64,000 bases of DNA, from the NCBI GenBank assembly GCA_951406725.2, contig OX597815.1:128278001-128342000 (forward strand). Direction: 5' to 3'. Made by a program: the position numbers and the translations under genes. Below are positions 12,701-25,293 of this stretch, in pieces. The notes below the pieces were generated by a model. The model made no database searches, was not told the DNA's origin, and saw only the letters and a list, made by a program, of their open reading frames with translations. Positions within the stretch are counted from its first letter, which is position 1, and each line of letters opens with the position of its first letter. The DNA comes from Octopus vulgaris (lineage: Eukaryota).

Positions 12701-13291
12701 TTTTGATGGAAGTCATTACTGTAGGAAATTCTGCAGGAAATCCAAATGCTGAATTACAGCCTTTACTTTTAGTTGCCATTATATAATTTTATATGCTTAA
12801 ATTATTACAGTTTAAATTCACGTAGGTATTTTTGTAAAATTATAATATAATTTAGCTCTGAAATAATCTGAAAAACAAAAGAAAATCATTTAACAAATGT
12901 ATACATTTTCTGAAAAAAATGAATTTAACACATATTGAAAAGTTGTAATTTTGCCATGTTGGAGGGGTACCTATCTACCAATTATTTCATATCCCAATGT
13001 TTTTGCTATTTTTACTTATCAGATGTTTTAAACACAGTTTCCACAGTGAAATACAATCAAATGTTTCATATCCATAAGCAATTTAGTACATATGTGTTAG
13101 AGATTATATGATTAATATAGAAAATTAGGGTATTTAATTGTGGTGGGGTGTATGTGAGTGATATGGAGTGGGGTGGGCAGTCACATAACCCTAATTTTCA
13201 TATATTCTATTTAAGATATTATTTGAAACTCTGCGCATACTGTGGAATTAAGGTCCCTTAAAAATAGTTGTGTTTCGACCACCTGCCACAC

Positions 13292-13332
<41 letters not shown>

Positions 13333-13354
13333 TTTATTAAAGCAGAAATATCAC

Positions 13355-13399
13355 AAAAACTGTTACTCAGATTCACGTTCCCGTTCATCAGACAGTTTT
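13355..13399 (-). ncRNA. Minimal hammerhead-like motif with a damaged GAAAC strand
   Basis: Minus strand: aaaactgt-CTGATGA-acg(ggaa)cgt-GAA.tctga-GTA-acagtttt. 8-bp stem I. Confidence 0.6.
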
Positions 13400-13427
13400 G
13401 TTTCGCATTTATGTGCTTATTCCAATA

Positions 13428-14111
13428 TCATAACTATAAAAGGCATGATGATAGTGTGTGTGTGTGTGTGTGTACGTGATTGTAATTTATGCACATCCAC
13501 AAATTAGCACACATGTCACTCAAATTTTAGGAGGACACTCGTCAACATCCTATCTGGGTTTTGTCAACTTATTTTTTTCCTGAGGCACCCGCGGATAGCA
13601 GTAAAATTCTATTTTCAGCCATAGCTTTTAGCCATAAAAAATATCAGCCAGAGCTTTTTGACGGTGTCTAACAAAAAAAAAAATAAGATGAAGAAAAGTG
13701 GAAGAAGGAGGCAGAGAGTTTCACAGGAATGACAAAGTGAGAGAGAGTAAGTGACGATGTTCGTAAAAAATAAAATGTAAAATGTTTTGTTTTTTCTTAA
13801 ACACAAGATATAGTGTTCAAATTCAGGATGTTTTTGAAAGACACTATATTTTATAATCATAGTATATATACTTTCTCACACAACAATTACAATATATTTA
13901 TTTTAAATCATTTATTTATTTTAAATCGTTCATCTTTCTCCCCACTCGATCTCTCACACACATTACTTTGGGTGCGAAAGAGTTTTGTTTTTATTTTACA
14001 CCAAGTAAAAAAGTGTTTTGTTGAGAGTCCATATGTTTGGTTTGAAATAAAGGACTTGATTAGCTTAATAATCATAACTTAATCCCAGACAAGGCTGGGA
14101 TATACTGCTAG
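13428..14111 (+). mobile_element. Non-autonomous Helitron-like element (same family as 485-997)
   Basis: Shared 5' block (tgtaatttatgcacatccacaaattagcac), 3' hairpin atcccag-acaagg-ctgggat and CTAG|T end. Confidence 0.65.
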
Positions 14112-14129
14112 TATATATATATATGATGA

Positions 14130-14196
<67 letters not shown>

Positions 14197-14213
14197 TATA
14201 TATATCTTGATGC

Positions 14214-14309
14214 TAACATAAGTTCCTTGTTTTTCCTGATGAGAAGGCGGCATAATGCACCCCTTATTCCTTCTTCGAAACATATGTCGAAAATAAAGGA
14301 ATTTTGTTA
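14214..14309 (+). ncRNA. Type-I hammerhead ribozyme with intact core (predicted cleavage after GUC at 14288)
   Basis: Stem I ttccttgtttttc/gaaaataaaggaa; CTGATGA 14236-14242; stem II gaaggcgg/ccttcttc; GAAA 14277-14280; palindromic ACATATGT stem III; GTC. Confidence 0.85.
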
Positions 14310-14509
14310 ATTCGTCGTTCAACTCCATTCTTTCATTTATTTGTATTTAAAAAAACACACAAATTTCCACACGATAGCACGTGATCTTTGCCCTAGGCAT
14401 GTAGCTTCAACCGTGTTTTTGCTGACGTGAATTTGCTACCCAGGTATCGGTTAACCGAATTATCCATAATAAGATAATTCATTCAACTACTCAATTATAT
14501 ATATATAAA

Positions 14510-14738
14510 TAATGAGGGAGATAAATTGAATATTAATTTAATTAATATCAATTTAAAACCAGTAGCCTAGCATACAAAAATCTGAAAAATCAGAGAAAAT
14601 TCTAATACATGTGTATATTTGAAGAGCAAAACCACTAGGTGGTCACCCATATGCTAGAAGTAGATCACCTATGATCGTAGGTGATCTACTTCTAGCATAC
14701 GGCCGACCACCTAGTGGTTTTGCTCTTCAAATATACAT
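14510..14738 (-). repeat. Fold-back element with ~60-bp arms and a family-specific tail (PLE pseudo-LTR-like)
   Basis: tatatttgaagagcaaaaccactaggtggtc...tagatcaccta pairs with taggtgatcta...gctcttcaaatata. The tail 14510-14580 is the reverse-complement homolog of 32815-32890. Confidence 0.8.
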
Positions 14739-14752
14739 ATATATAAATTATG

Positions 14753-15069
14753 AGCACTCTGTTGGTTACGATGATGAGGGTCCTACCTGATATGATCAAC
14801 GGAACAGCTTACTTGTGAAATTAACGTGCAAGTGGCTGAGCATTCCACAGATACATGTACCCTTAATGTCATTCTCAGGGAGATTCAGCATGACACAGAG
14901 TATGACAAGGCTGGCCCTTTGAAATACAGGTACTACTCATTTTTGCCAGCTGAGTGGACTGGAGCAATGTGAAATAAAGCATCTTCCTCAAGAACACAAC
15001 ACATTGCTGGGAATTGAACTCAAGACCTTATGATTGTGAGCTGAATGCCTGAACCACTAAGCCACGCAC

Positions 15070-15070
<1 letters not shown>
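14753..15070 (-). mobile_element. tRNA-derived SINE, family C
   Basis: tRNA-like head on the minus strand (ggcttagtggttcagg...gagttcaattcc). Related copies at about 6690-6915, 16890-17075, 32953-33285(+), 35650-35975 and 62835-63066. Confidence 0.8.
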
Positions 15071-15112
<42 letters not shown>

Positions 15113-15119
15113 GTATATA

Positions 15120-15634
15120 TATAATTTAATCATGCCAAGGGCCTATAATCCTTTAAGGGGTGTTTACATCCTAGTTCTCCAGTTTATACCAGTGTTCAGC
15201 GAAAACTAAATACTTTAGTTATGCATCAATGTATATTGGTATTTAAAATATTTATGAATGAGAAAAAGAAGAAAATGGAGAAACTGACATATAGACATCA
15301 ATTTATTCAAAGATATTAAAATCAATATAACATGAAATTTTTATCCTTACATCCATTTTCATATCCAATTAATTCAATTAGACACATCTGAGTCTGCCAA
15401 GGGTTGACCAACATAGAATGTAACTTCTTTCTGGAAGTTCTCCCTTGATGAAATAGGCAATTAACAAGTTTTAATACGAAAATTTTAATTTAACTTAATT
15501 TAATTTCATTTCTCTAATTGAATAAATTGGATATGGAAATAGCTGCAGAGATAAGAATTTCATATATTGATTTTAATACCTTTGAATAAACTGATGTCTA
15601 TACATCAAATTTCTCCATTTTCTTCTTTTTGTCA
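15120..15634. repeat. Inverted repeat with ~130-bp arms (15258-15388 / 15508-15634) in a (TA)n-flanked element
   Basis: aaaaagaagaaaatggagaaa pairs with tttctccattttcttcttttt. A second, truncated family member lies at 50320-50520. Confidence 0.75.
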
Positions 15635-16464
15635 TATATATATATATATATTTGCTTCCATCACTAGCTACATATTTTGATGAACTACATCTACAAACAT
15701 TATGATGGATCTCCAAGGCCCACCTCCTCAGAAACATCTGTTGAACTTATAACACCTTACTTCTTCCCCCTTTAATTTTCTCTGATGTTTGTACTCCGTG
15801 TAAGTTTGATCTATTAGTGTATAAATATACTTAAATATTCATCATCTGAAAACCTTCAGTCTTTGTTTTGTGTTTGCATGTATATATATATATATATATA
15901 TATGTATATCAAATATATATATATATATATATATTGTATATCAAACTCAAGCTATTATATTTAATTTGTTTATCCCCATAATTGCCTCTCTCTTTATATA
16001 TTTATGTGTGTGTGTCTTTGTGTTTGTGTTTGTTCCCCACCACTGCTTGACAACTGGTGTTGGTTTATTTATGGCCACTGTAACTTAGCAGCTCAGCAAA
16101 AGACACTGACAGAATAAGTAGTAGGCTTAATAAATAAAAGTACTGGAGTCACTTCATTTAGTTAAAAATTCTTGAAGACAGTGCCCCCAGCATGGCCACA
16201 GTCTAATGACTGAAGCAAGTAAAATATAAAAGATATCATGTTGGCATGGGTTGGATAGTGTAACAAGATCTGACAAGTTGGTGGACTGTAGCATGTTCCA
16301 GTGTCTGCTTTGGTAAGATTTTATACATTTGTTACCTGTCAACTATATTCAGAATTATTCTTAATTTAATTCACTATGAACACTAAGAAAAATAAGCTTA
16401 TGTCATTTGAATGCCACTGAATTTTTAAAATATAAGATTATTTAGAAATATTATTGTAATACTA

Positions 16465-16830
16465 ACCTCCGCCTTAATGAAGGCAGAGGTATTGTTTTCA
16501 GTTGTGCTTGTTTGTTTGTCTGTGGACAAGATATCTCAAGAACCATGGGATAAATTCAGATGAAACTTTCTGGGATGTTTGGCCTCATGACAGGCACAAA
16601 CTGATTAGATTTTGGGTTCAATTGGGTGCTGGACAAGGATTCGGGATTATTTTTCCGTTTCTTTTATTTAATTTTTGAGAGTGGTCAGGTTCATTTTTAG
16701 TATTCTCGTTTGTGAGAGCAGTTGAGTTTATTTCAGATATTCTCATTTTAAAAATCTCTGGCTAATCATTGAAAGAACATTGGTGTTGCCTTGGCGGAAG
16801 TTTGCACTCTCTGAGTGTTCTTGTTATTAA
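16465..16830 (+). mobile_element. Helentron-associated (HINE/DINE-1-like) non-autonomous element
   Basis: Sub-terminal IRs cctccgcc / ggcggaag, a (GTTT)/(GTCT) microsatellite and a 3' gcactctctgagtg hairpin. Inverted copy at 61590-61945. Confidence 0.6.
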
Positions 16831-17109
16831 TAGTATTGTCACAGTATTGACCAGACTATCAACACTGGTCACAATGTGCTTTGCTTTGTTTTATCTTTCA
16901 AATGATGCCACCCTGCTGGCTAGGCAAGCAGACCAACATTGTCCCTGAATGGACTGGAACAATGTGAAATGAAGCATTTTGCTCAAGAACACAATGCTTA
17001 GCTCATCAGAAAATTGAAACCATGATCTCAGGATCATGAATGCAACACCCCAAACCACTAGGCCATGCATCTTCACATCAGCAGTATTATAATATTGTAA
17101 ATTAGAAAT

Positions 17110-17162
17110 CACTATCGTCAGCATTGTTATCATCATCATCATTATCATTGTCATCATTTTTG

Positions 17163-17202
<40 letters not shown>

Positions 17203-17320
17203 TGTTATTGTCATCGTCATCATCATCATCACTATCATTATCATTGTCTCATTATTGCTGTCATCATCATTGTCATTATCATTATTGTACTTTTCATCGT
17301 TTTCATCATTGTCATCATTA
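17110..17320. repeat. (ATC)n microsatellite
   Basis: Seen directly in the sequence. Confidence 0.95.
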
Positions 17321-17496
17321 TTGGAAGAGTTGTGAATTGTGAATGTCAGTCAAATAAAAAAACCATAGCCATTATTCATAAGCAAGTATGACCTGATATC
17401 TTACACTGTATTTGGTTGATAAAATAAAGATCAGCCATGTATAAGAATTGATGGGTTTTGACAAATTGCCACTGTTCACACTGCTGGCCTAATTAC

Positions 17497-17502
<6 letters not shown>

Positions 17503-17591
<89 letters not shown>

Positions 17592-17620
17592 ATTGTTGTT
17601 GTTATCATTATTATTACTAT
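17503..17620. repeat. (ATT)n/(GTT)n microsatellite
   Basis: Seen directly in the sequence. Confidence 0.95.
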
Positions 17621-18165
17621 TCTTTTTAACTCCGGTTTTGTTGTAACTCCTGAAGTCTTGCATGCATAGGGAGCTTGCTACCTACAGCTTACTGTACCAT
17701 GCTATCTGTTCTTTACAGCTGTCTAATTCTTTCCTGATTATTCTGGCCATACCAAGGAGGCAAACCTTTTGTAACAGTTCTACTGGACACTCTATTTAAA
17801 TTTCCTTTATATTCCTCTTGATGCTTTCTGATATTGTCCCCAAGGGTCCAACAATTGGCACTAACTTAACCTTCTTCATTTTCCATAGTCAGATTATTTT
17901 GTACTTAACAGGACTGCACATATCAATCTTTTTGCCTTCCTTCATGACTACTTGTGGGCCAAAGAGGCATGCAACATCAACCATTAGGTCTGGTTTGTTG
18001 TGCTCTAGCGCCTCATCTATTTGGATAGGAAAATCCCACAGGATTTTGTGGGTCTCCAACTTTGCCACTCTCTGTGTTTTGTGCTCGTACAATGCCTTGC
18101 CTCTCTCTAGACCCTTACTTTTCACACAGCTTCCAGTGTAGTATTTCTGCTACCTCATCATGTCA
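17620..18165 (-). mobile_element. R4/Dong-like RLE retrotransposon 3' fragment
   Basis: KILWDFPIQID..HNKPDL...DVAC restriction-like endonuclease motif; flanked by (ATT)n. Confidence 0.8.
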
Positions 18166-18189
18166 ATTATTATTATTATTATTATTATT

Positions 18190-18680
18190 ATTGAGTGAGA
18201 AAGCAATGCATGACATCAAAATGACACTGGGGTAAAATATACGAAGCCCAGTATACCCATCATGACTACCTGTCTGATAAGGGTGCACTAGGCACATGCA
18301 TCACAACCATATGTGCACGACATAGTGATCTTATATCAAGATAAACAGCACATGACCTTGCAGGTGGGGTCCAGTTAGAATTTTCTTCTGGTCGAGTAAC
18401 CCATCCCACTCAAAAGGTCCCTGAATAAGGATTGTTTACAGAAGTTGATCGAAACACTGATGTTTCCAGAGGTGAATTATTCAAACAAACCCCAAAGAAT
18501 CCCTCTCAACATATGGCTATGATGCCCCCCAACTACTTCTGCATGTGATCAGAGATGTACATATCATCAGCCACTAAGGGACATGCTCAACTGGTTACGG
18601 TCAAACAACTGACAAGCAAATCTGTGGTATTGAGCAGAATATTTGCTGTAGCCCATATTTTATACCAAGACAAAACAATT
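18190..18680. repeat. Unclassified interspersed repeat inserted in (ATT)n
   Basis: Sharp boundaries between (ATT)n tracts and no convincing ORF. Class not determined. Confidence 0.4.
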
Positions 18681-18721
18681 ATTATTATTATTATTAATAA
18701 TAATAATAATAATAATAATAC

Positions 18722-18918
18722 TTTCTTATTGACTTGCATTTTATTTTATCTTCCAGCTGGATCTCAACCAGAGATATAAGGCATGCATATATTAGATTGA
18801 GAGAAACTTCCTGAGAACATAAGTGGTTGATATCAACACAATTTTTTAAGCCTCATACATTGTTGGTTTTTCGAGGATCTGCCCAAAAAACTTGTCACTA
18901 CCTTCCTTGATTATTTCC
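18722..18918 (-). mobile_element. R4/Dong-like extreme 3' fragment
   Basis: Minus strand encodes KIVLISTTYVLRKFLSI*, matching the C-terminus KIVLTGTSHVLRRALSL* of the adjacent element. Confidence 0.65.
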
Positions 18919-18944
18919 TTATTATTATTATTTTTATTATTATT

Positions 18945-21900
18945 TTTTTCTTCTTCTTTCAAATTTGCTTCCATTTCTTGCCGAGTGTCTTCTTGACTCC
19001 TAGGGCAAAGAAACTCATAGTATACATTGGTAGGCCATTAAACTAAACTCAATAGTACGTTAATTTTTTTTTTTTTAAGTTAAATTAAAATACATGGGTA
19101 GTAATAGTTCTCACAGCGACAATGCTCTTCTCAATACGTGTGATGTACCAGTTAAGACAATCTTTTGCACTTCTTGCAGGGATGGTAAGCCAGGGATTAT
19201 TCTCATATAATTTTCGGTTCCCTTCTTGATCATTCCTAGTGCTCCTATGATCACTGGTATTGTAACTGCCTTGAGATGCCACATTTTCTCAATTTCAATG
19301 AGCAGGTCTTTATATTTTCTGAGCTTGTCAAACTCTTTCGCCGAGATATTATGATCACAGGGGATGCTCATGTCGATCAATAAGCAAACTTTATTGTTTT
19401 GGTCTTTCACAACAATATCTGGTTTATTGGCTTTGATGGTTCAGTCTGTATGTACTGGAAAGTCCCACAGAATCGTTACATTTTCTCCTTCAGTTACAGC
19501 TTCAGGGTGGTGATTATACCACTTGTCGGCAGTTTTGATATTGTAATGCCGACTTATTAGCCAGTGGAGATATTGGCCAACTCTGTCATGTCTTAATTTA
19601 TACTCCACTGGTGCTAAGACTTTACATCCAGAGATTAGGTGGTCCACTGTTTCAATCATGTCGTTGCAGAATCGGCATTTTGGGTCTGCTCCATTTTTCA
19701 TCACATTGGCCTGGTAGTTCCGGGTTAATAGGCTTTGATCTTGAGCAGCCAGGATGAAACCTTCGCTCTCTGCTTTTAGCCCTGAGCTCCGTAGCCACTG
19801 ATGGGTTTGCTTCTGGTCAACATCAGCTTGTTTGCTACGGGCCACATATTTGCCATGCAGAGGTTTCTCCTCCCACCTATCAGCCAATTGCTTGTGCGCT
19901 TTTTTCGTTGCCAATATTTTCACCTTCTTTGCAACAATAGTTGCCGTACTTCCCTCGGATTGTTCGGTTTGGATATCCTGCACGAGATCAATAGCAAACT
20001 TTTTGCTTTCCTTTATGATAGAATGAAGCTTCTTTTGTCTCTCGTGATTTTCCACGAGCTTTAGCATCCAGTCATTCGTTATTTCAAGATATTTGGCCAG
20101 TCCAATTGTGGTTGTTTTGTAAGCTAGTTCAAATTGGATCAGGCCTCGACCTCCTTGGGCTCTGATAAGGTAAAGGCGATCTACGTCTGCCTTTGGGTGG
20201 TGCATCCTATTACAACTCAGCAGCTTGCGTATTTTCCTGTCTATATTCTTTACTTCACTCATATTCCAGTTCAACACATTGTAGCTATAAGTAACAACTG
20301 GAACTGCTAAGGAATTTATAGCTAACACCTTGTTACGTGCATTTAGTTCAGATTTCAGGACTGCACGAACTCTCCTATAACATTCCTTCTTGATCTTCTC
20401 TTTCATGCTTGCATGCTGAATACCAGAGCCTTCATTTATCCCTAAATATTTGTATGTTTGTTCTTGCTCAAGCTCTCTTATGACTGTGTCAACATCTAAC
20501 ACGACTGAATTTGTGGTCTTCACTTTCCCGTTCTGGAAAGTGGCCTTGGCACACTTCTCAAGCCCAAACTCCATCCCGATGTCATCGCTGAATGCTTTCA
20601 CAGTGCGCAATAGGCCTTCAAATTCATTATCGTCTTTACCATAGAGTTTTAAGTCATCCATATAAAATAGATGGCTTATTTTTTTATTGGCAATTTTATA
20701 CCCATACCCTGTTCTGTTTAATTCACTTGTAAGGGGTATTAGGGCTATGCAGAATATTAAAGGTGAAAGTGAGTCACCTTGAAAAATTCCACAGTTGATG
20801 TTTATATTTTCTGAGGCAAGTACTCCATTAGAGTGGTATAACTGGAGATTCGTATTCCACAACGACATATTGTGCTTCAGGAAGCTTGAAATCACAGGGG
20901 AAATTTTGAAGATGTCCAGCGATCTCAAGATCCATGGATGCGGTATACTGTCGAAAGCCCTTTTATAGTCAATCCATTAGGGGCTGAGATTTCTGCGCTT
21001 GTTGTGATAGTTCTCAAGGATCATACGATTAATTAGCAGTTGATCTTTGCATCCGTATGAGCCTCAGTGGCACCCTTTTTGTACAATGGGGAAAATATCG
21101 TTCTTCTCCATGAATGCATATGTTTCTCCGCCAGGATAGATGTTAGGATTTTATACGTGGTGGATAGACAGGTTATAGGACGATAGTTTTTTGGAAGGTT
21201 GGTTTCGTTATTTTTTGGGAGTGGGTAAGTAATACCACTTGCTAACCATTCAGGTGTTTTCTTTGGGTCTCTCATAATTCCATTGAGCAGCTGAACTAGC
21301 TTACCATGTGCGCATGGGAGTGATGCGAGCCAGAAATTTGGCACGCTATCTCTACCGGGGGATTTCCAATTATGGGCCTTCGTGAGTGCCTTTCTTAGGT
21401 CTGCTATTGTGATGTCTTTCCATGCTTGTTGTTGTAAATTTTGGTAGGATCCTTCTGTTTGTATAATCCAGTCTGCATTTATGTTGTACGTCTTCTTGTC
21501 ACTCCAAATCCTTTTCCAAAAGTTTTGAACTTCTTCCATGGGAGGGGGGTCTTTAATGGTTACTTTCTCCTTCCCTATTTCTCTGTAGAATTTTTTGGCA
21601 TTGGATGTGAACAGCCTATTTTGCTTGTAAAACTTGTTTCTCTTCTCAAATCTTCGTATTCTTTGGGCTTTTGCTTGGACTTTTTGTTTCAGCGTTTCTT
21701 TTATTGATACCAGTTCTTCTCTTGGTGAGGATCCAAATTTTCTCTTCATCTTTCTTCCTGTTTTAGATCTTACATAATTTCCACATATTAGTTCATTTAA
21801 TATTGATATTTCCCCTCTCATAAATTCAATCTCTTTTTCAATTTTACTTCTCCAGGTTTGATTTCTTCCCAGGTTTGGTTTTCTTTGTTTTTTCGGGGAC

Positions 21901-22010
21901 ATACAGCTGGTTTCAATTGCCCTAGCAGAAGCGTAAATAATTTCATTTAACTCAGTAAAATCAGGTTTTAATTCTTGTATTATTTCATTTGTTACATAGT
22001 TGCCAATTTT
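18945..22010 (-). mobile_element. R4/Dong-clade non-LTR retrotransposon (RT, CCHC, restriction-like endonuclease), 5'-truncated with few frameshifts
   Basis: ORFs 21033-21902, 19441-20928 and 19111-19410 carry KSPGRD, YRPITCL, GIFQGDSLSPL, YMDDLKLY, CRFC..ETVDHLISGC, RHD, KPDIVV..IDMSIP and K..KY. Flanked by (TAA)n. Confidence 0.95.
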
Positions 22011-22011
22011 G

Positions 22012-22097
<86 letters not shown>
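22012..22097. repeat. (ATT)n microsatellite
   Basis: Seen directly in the sequence. Confidence 0.97.
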
Positions 22098-22098
<1 letters not shown>

Positions 22099-23690
22099 TT
22101 ATGTTTGACTTTTGCTTTACATTTTTACAAGTTGGCTTCAAGTCTTAACCAGAGACCTCAAGAGACACAAGTTAGAAGTTTATGTTGGTGTTATGCCTAG
22201 GGTGCCATATATTTGGTTTTGTACGTAGTGTTGTTCAAGAGGATGTTTAAGAAACCATAAGAAAATTATGTGTTTGTTTCAAAATTTGAGATTGCATAGA
22301 AAGTATTTGCGTAGGATATGGGTAGTTCCCATGAACACTATATTTTAAATTTCTACCATTTTGCGGTTTCCTGGTATCTGACCTCAGTAGCAATGAGCCC
22401 CTTTTGCTATCATTCCCAGGGCACCTATGACAACAGGTATTGTTTTAGTCTTCAGGTTCCACATTTTGCTAATTTCTATTTCAAGATCTTTATACTTGTT
22501 CAGTTTTTGGTAGGTCTTGACAGATACATTTATATTGATTGCGACAGTCATATCAATGAGAAGGCATGATTTTTGTCTGAAGTCTTTCAATACGATGTCT
22601 GGCCTATTTGCATCTATCTTTCTGTCAATTTGAATGGTGAAGTTCCAGAGGAGTGAATGTGGTCATTTTCAAGCACTGGAGGTGGTTTGTGTTCCCACCG
22701 GTTTTTATCATGGGGAAAGTCTAGGTTTTTGTAAATTACCCAGTGAATATATTGTGCAGCTCTATCATGCCTGTTGAGATACTCTGTAGGTGCAAGAAGA
22801 CTGCACACGGAGGCAACATGATCAATAGTTCCATTTTGTTGTTGACACACATGACAGATTGGGGAGCTGCCGTTCTTTAATATGTTGACCTGGTAGTTCC
22901 TTGTAGGTAGGCATCGATCTTGAGCTGCTATGATAAATCCTTCTGTTTCAGATTTTAAGCCAGAAGCCTTTAGCCATTGATGGGTAAGGGTTTTGTCGAC
23001 ATTGACATTATTTTCTCTCTTTGGGTATTTGCCATTGAGAGATTTTTCTTGCCATTTATCAGTCAGCATATCTAAGGCAGCAATTTTAGCACGGGTTTTC
23101 ATGCACTTAGCTTTTTCTGTGCTTGTTTCCAGTAGTCTAATTCTGAGATTGTTGTATTTGGAATTCACTTAGATATTCCTTTGCCTGTTTTGTTACTGAG
23201 TATGATGCTTTCTTGTTTTAATGTTTTGAGACAAGTTTTAACATCCAGTCCTCAGAGTTTTTCAGGTAGGTGTCTAGGCCATCTGTGGCAATCTTCATTG
23301 TTATTGCCAGTTGTAAAAGTCCTTGGCCTCCCTCTTTTCTTGGCAGATAAAGTCATTCTATATCTGCCTTATGGTGGTGCATTCTATGCATTGTCAACAG
23401 TTCTTGTATTATTCTGTAAAGATTACATATTTCAGTAATTTACCAGTTAATGATATTGAAACTGTAAGTCACGACTGGTATGGCTAAAGCATTGATCACT
23501 TTGATCCTGTTTCTTGCATTCAGCTCTGTCTTAAGTATTGCTCTCACTTTGCAATAACATTCTCTTCTGATCCTTTCCCTCATCACTGAATGCCTGATTC
23601 CATCCCCTTCTCCGCTGGTATTTGTAGCACTTTTATGACATTCTGCTGATCAAGGTTAGTGTTAGATGTTTCTGTAATTTTTCCGTTATT
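22098..23690 (-). mobile_element. Older R4/Dong-like copy (post-RT region, CCHC, RLE)
   Basis: LKSETEGFIIAAQD, CHVC..IDHVASVC, RHD, RPDIV..IDMTV and IPVVIGALG. Confidence 0.9.
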
Positions 23691-23979
23691 ATTATTAATA
23701 TTATGGCAGTGGTGAGCAAAATGCATTTCATTCAACTTTATGTTTGAGTTAAAATTCTGCTGAGGTCATCTTTACCTTTCATCCTTTCAGGGTTGATAAA
23801 ATAAGCACTAGTTGAGGACTAGGGGTTAACTTATCCTCTGCCCTAAAATTGCTGGCCTTGTACCAAAATTTGAAACCATGATTATTATTATTAACAAGCA
23901 GGGGGGAATCATTAGCGCAGTAGATGAAATGATTGGTAGTATTTTACCTGTCGCTATGTTCTGAGTTCAAATTCCACCA

Positions 23980-24135
23980 AGGTTGACTTTACCTTTCAGG
24001 GTCAACTTTACCTTTCAGGGTTGACTTTACCTTTCAGGGTCGACTTTACCTTTCAGGGTCGACTTTACCTTTCAAAGGGTCAACTTTACCTTTCGGGGTC
24101 AAATTTACCTTTCCAAGGTCAACTTTATTCTTTTG
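23980..24135 (+). repeat. 19-bp minisatellite (gggtcgactttacctttca) x ~8 inside a SINE
   Basis: Seen directly in the sequence. Confidence 0.9.
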
Positions 24136-25261
24136 GGGACGACAAAATAAGTACCAGTTGAACACTGGGGTCGAAGTAATTGACTATCTCCCTCCCCCAA
24201 TTTCGGGCCTTGTGCCTATAGTAGAAAGGATTATTATAATAGTTAACAAAGAAAATATATAAAAGAAATCATTATTGCTGTTGTGATTGTTGTTCAGAAT
24301 TTTCCTCTCATGCCAAACTCTTCAAACACCACTTGAAAAGATGTGGGTGGAGAAAGAAGTGCTGCCTACCACTCATGAATGAAAATATATCTCTATTGCA
24401 CCTTGGGAAGTAGACATACTTCTTATGCAGAAAAGAAGTAAATATACATATGTTTACCTTATATGAACTAAGAATGTTGTAGGAATAAAAACAGGCTGAC
24501 AGAAGAATACAGACTTCATGTATAATAGATGTGCAGCCAGTACTGTCTTAAGCATGGGCACAGTGGTCAGTTGACTGGGTGCCTTACAAGCCTAGGGGCC
24601 AATTCTGATCCGTGTATGCTATGGCTAGTTATCAATAGATAAATATTAGAGAGGCCAGTGCATTGATTTTCCTGGGGGTGAGCAATAATGCTACTAAAGT
24701 GGAGTAGTCAGCAGTAAGCATATCCATGAAATAAGTTCTTTTCAATAATTGAAGGCTTTCTAGAAATATCTGATAGATTCTGTTACCTAGGTGACTAAAT
24801 TAGCAGTGAAGGCATGTATTTCAAAAGTATAGTAGCCACAGTAAGGATGAAATAGAAAAAGTATGGTGAGTTATTAGCTCTGCTGAGAATAAAGGTGTTA
24901 TCTATTGGAGTGAAGGGCAGATTCTATGTTGATTGTGTATAAAGTGCAATATTATACCTGGGAGTGAAAAATGTGAAATGAATGCAAAAGATGTGGGGAA
25001 ACTGGTAAGAAAAGTGGTAAACATGCTTCATTGGGTGATCATCATCATTTAAATGTCCACTTTTCCATGCTCACATGGGTTGGACAGAATTTGTTGAGGC
25101 CAATTTTCTGCAGTTGGATGTTCATATTGTGACCAACCCTCACCTGTTTCAAGTAAAGTGATATTTTCCCATGGCCTGACATGTTTTCATGGAAGATTGG
25201 AAATGAAAGACACCACTTGCATAGTGATGATACTTATCTACAACTGTCATGTGGTGTCAGG

Positions 25262-25289
<28 letters not shown>

Positions 25290-25293
<4 letters not shown>

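Noticed and set aside
15700-15750. GAAACATCTGTT hammerhead 3' half
   Set aside because: No recognisable CUGANGA or stem I.
23980-24135. Short regular repeats as a CRISPR array
   Set aside because: The units are head-to-tail with no spacers.
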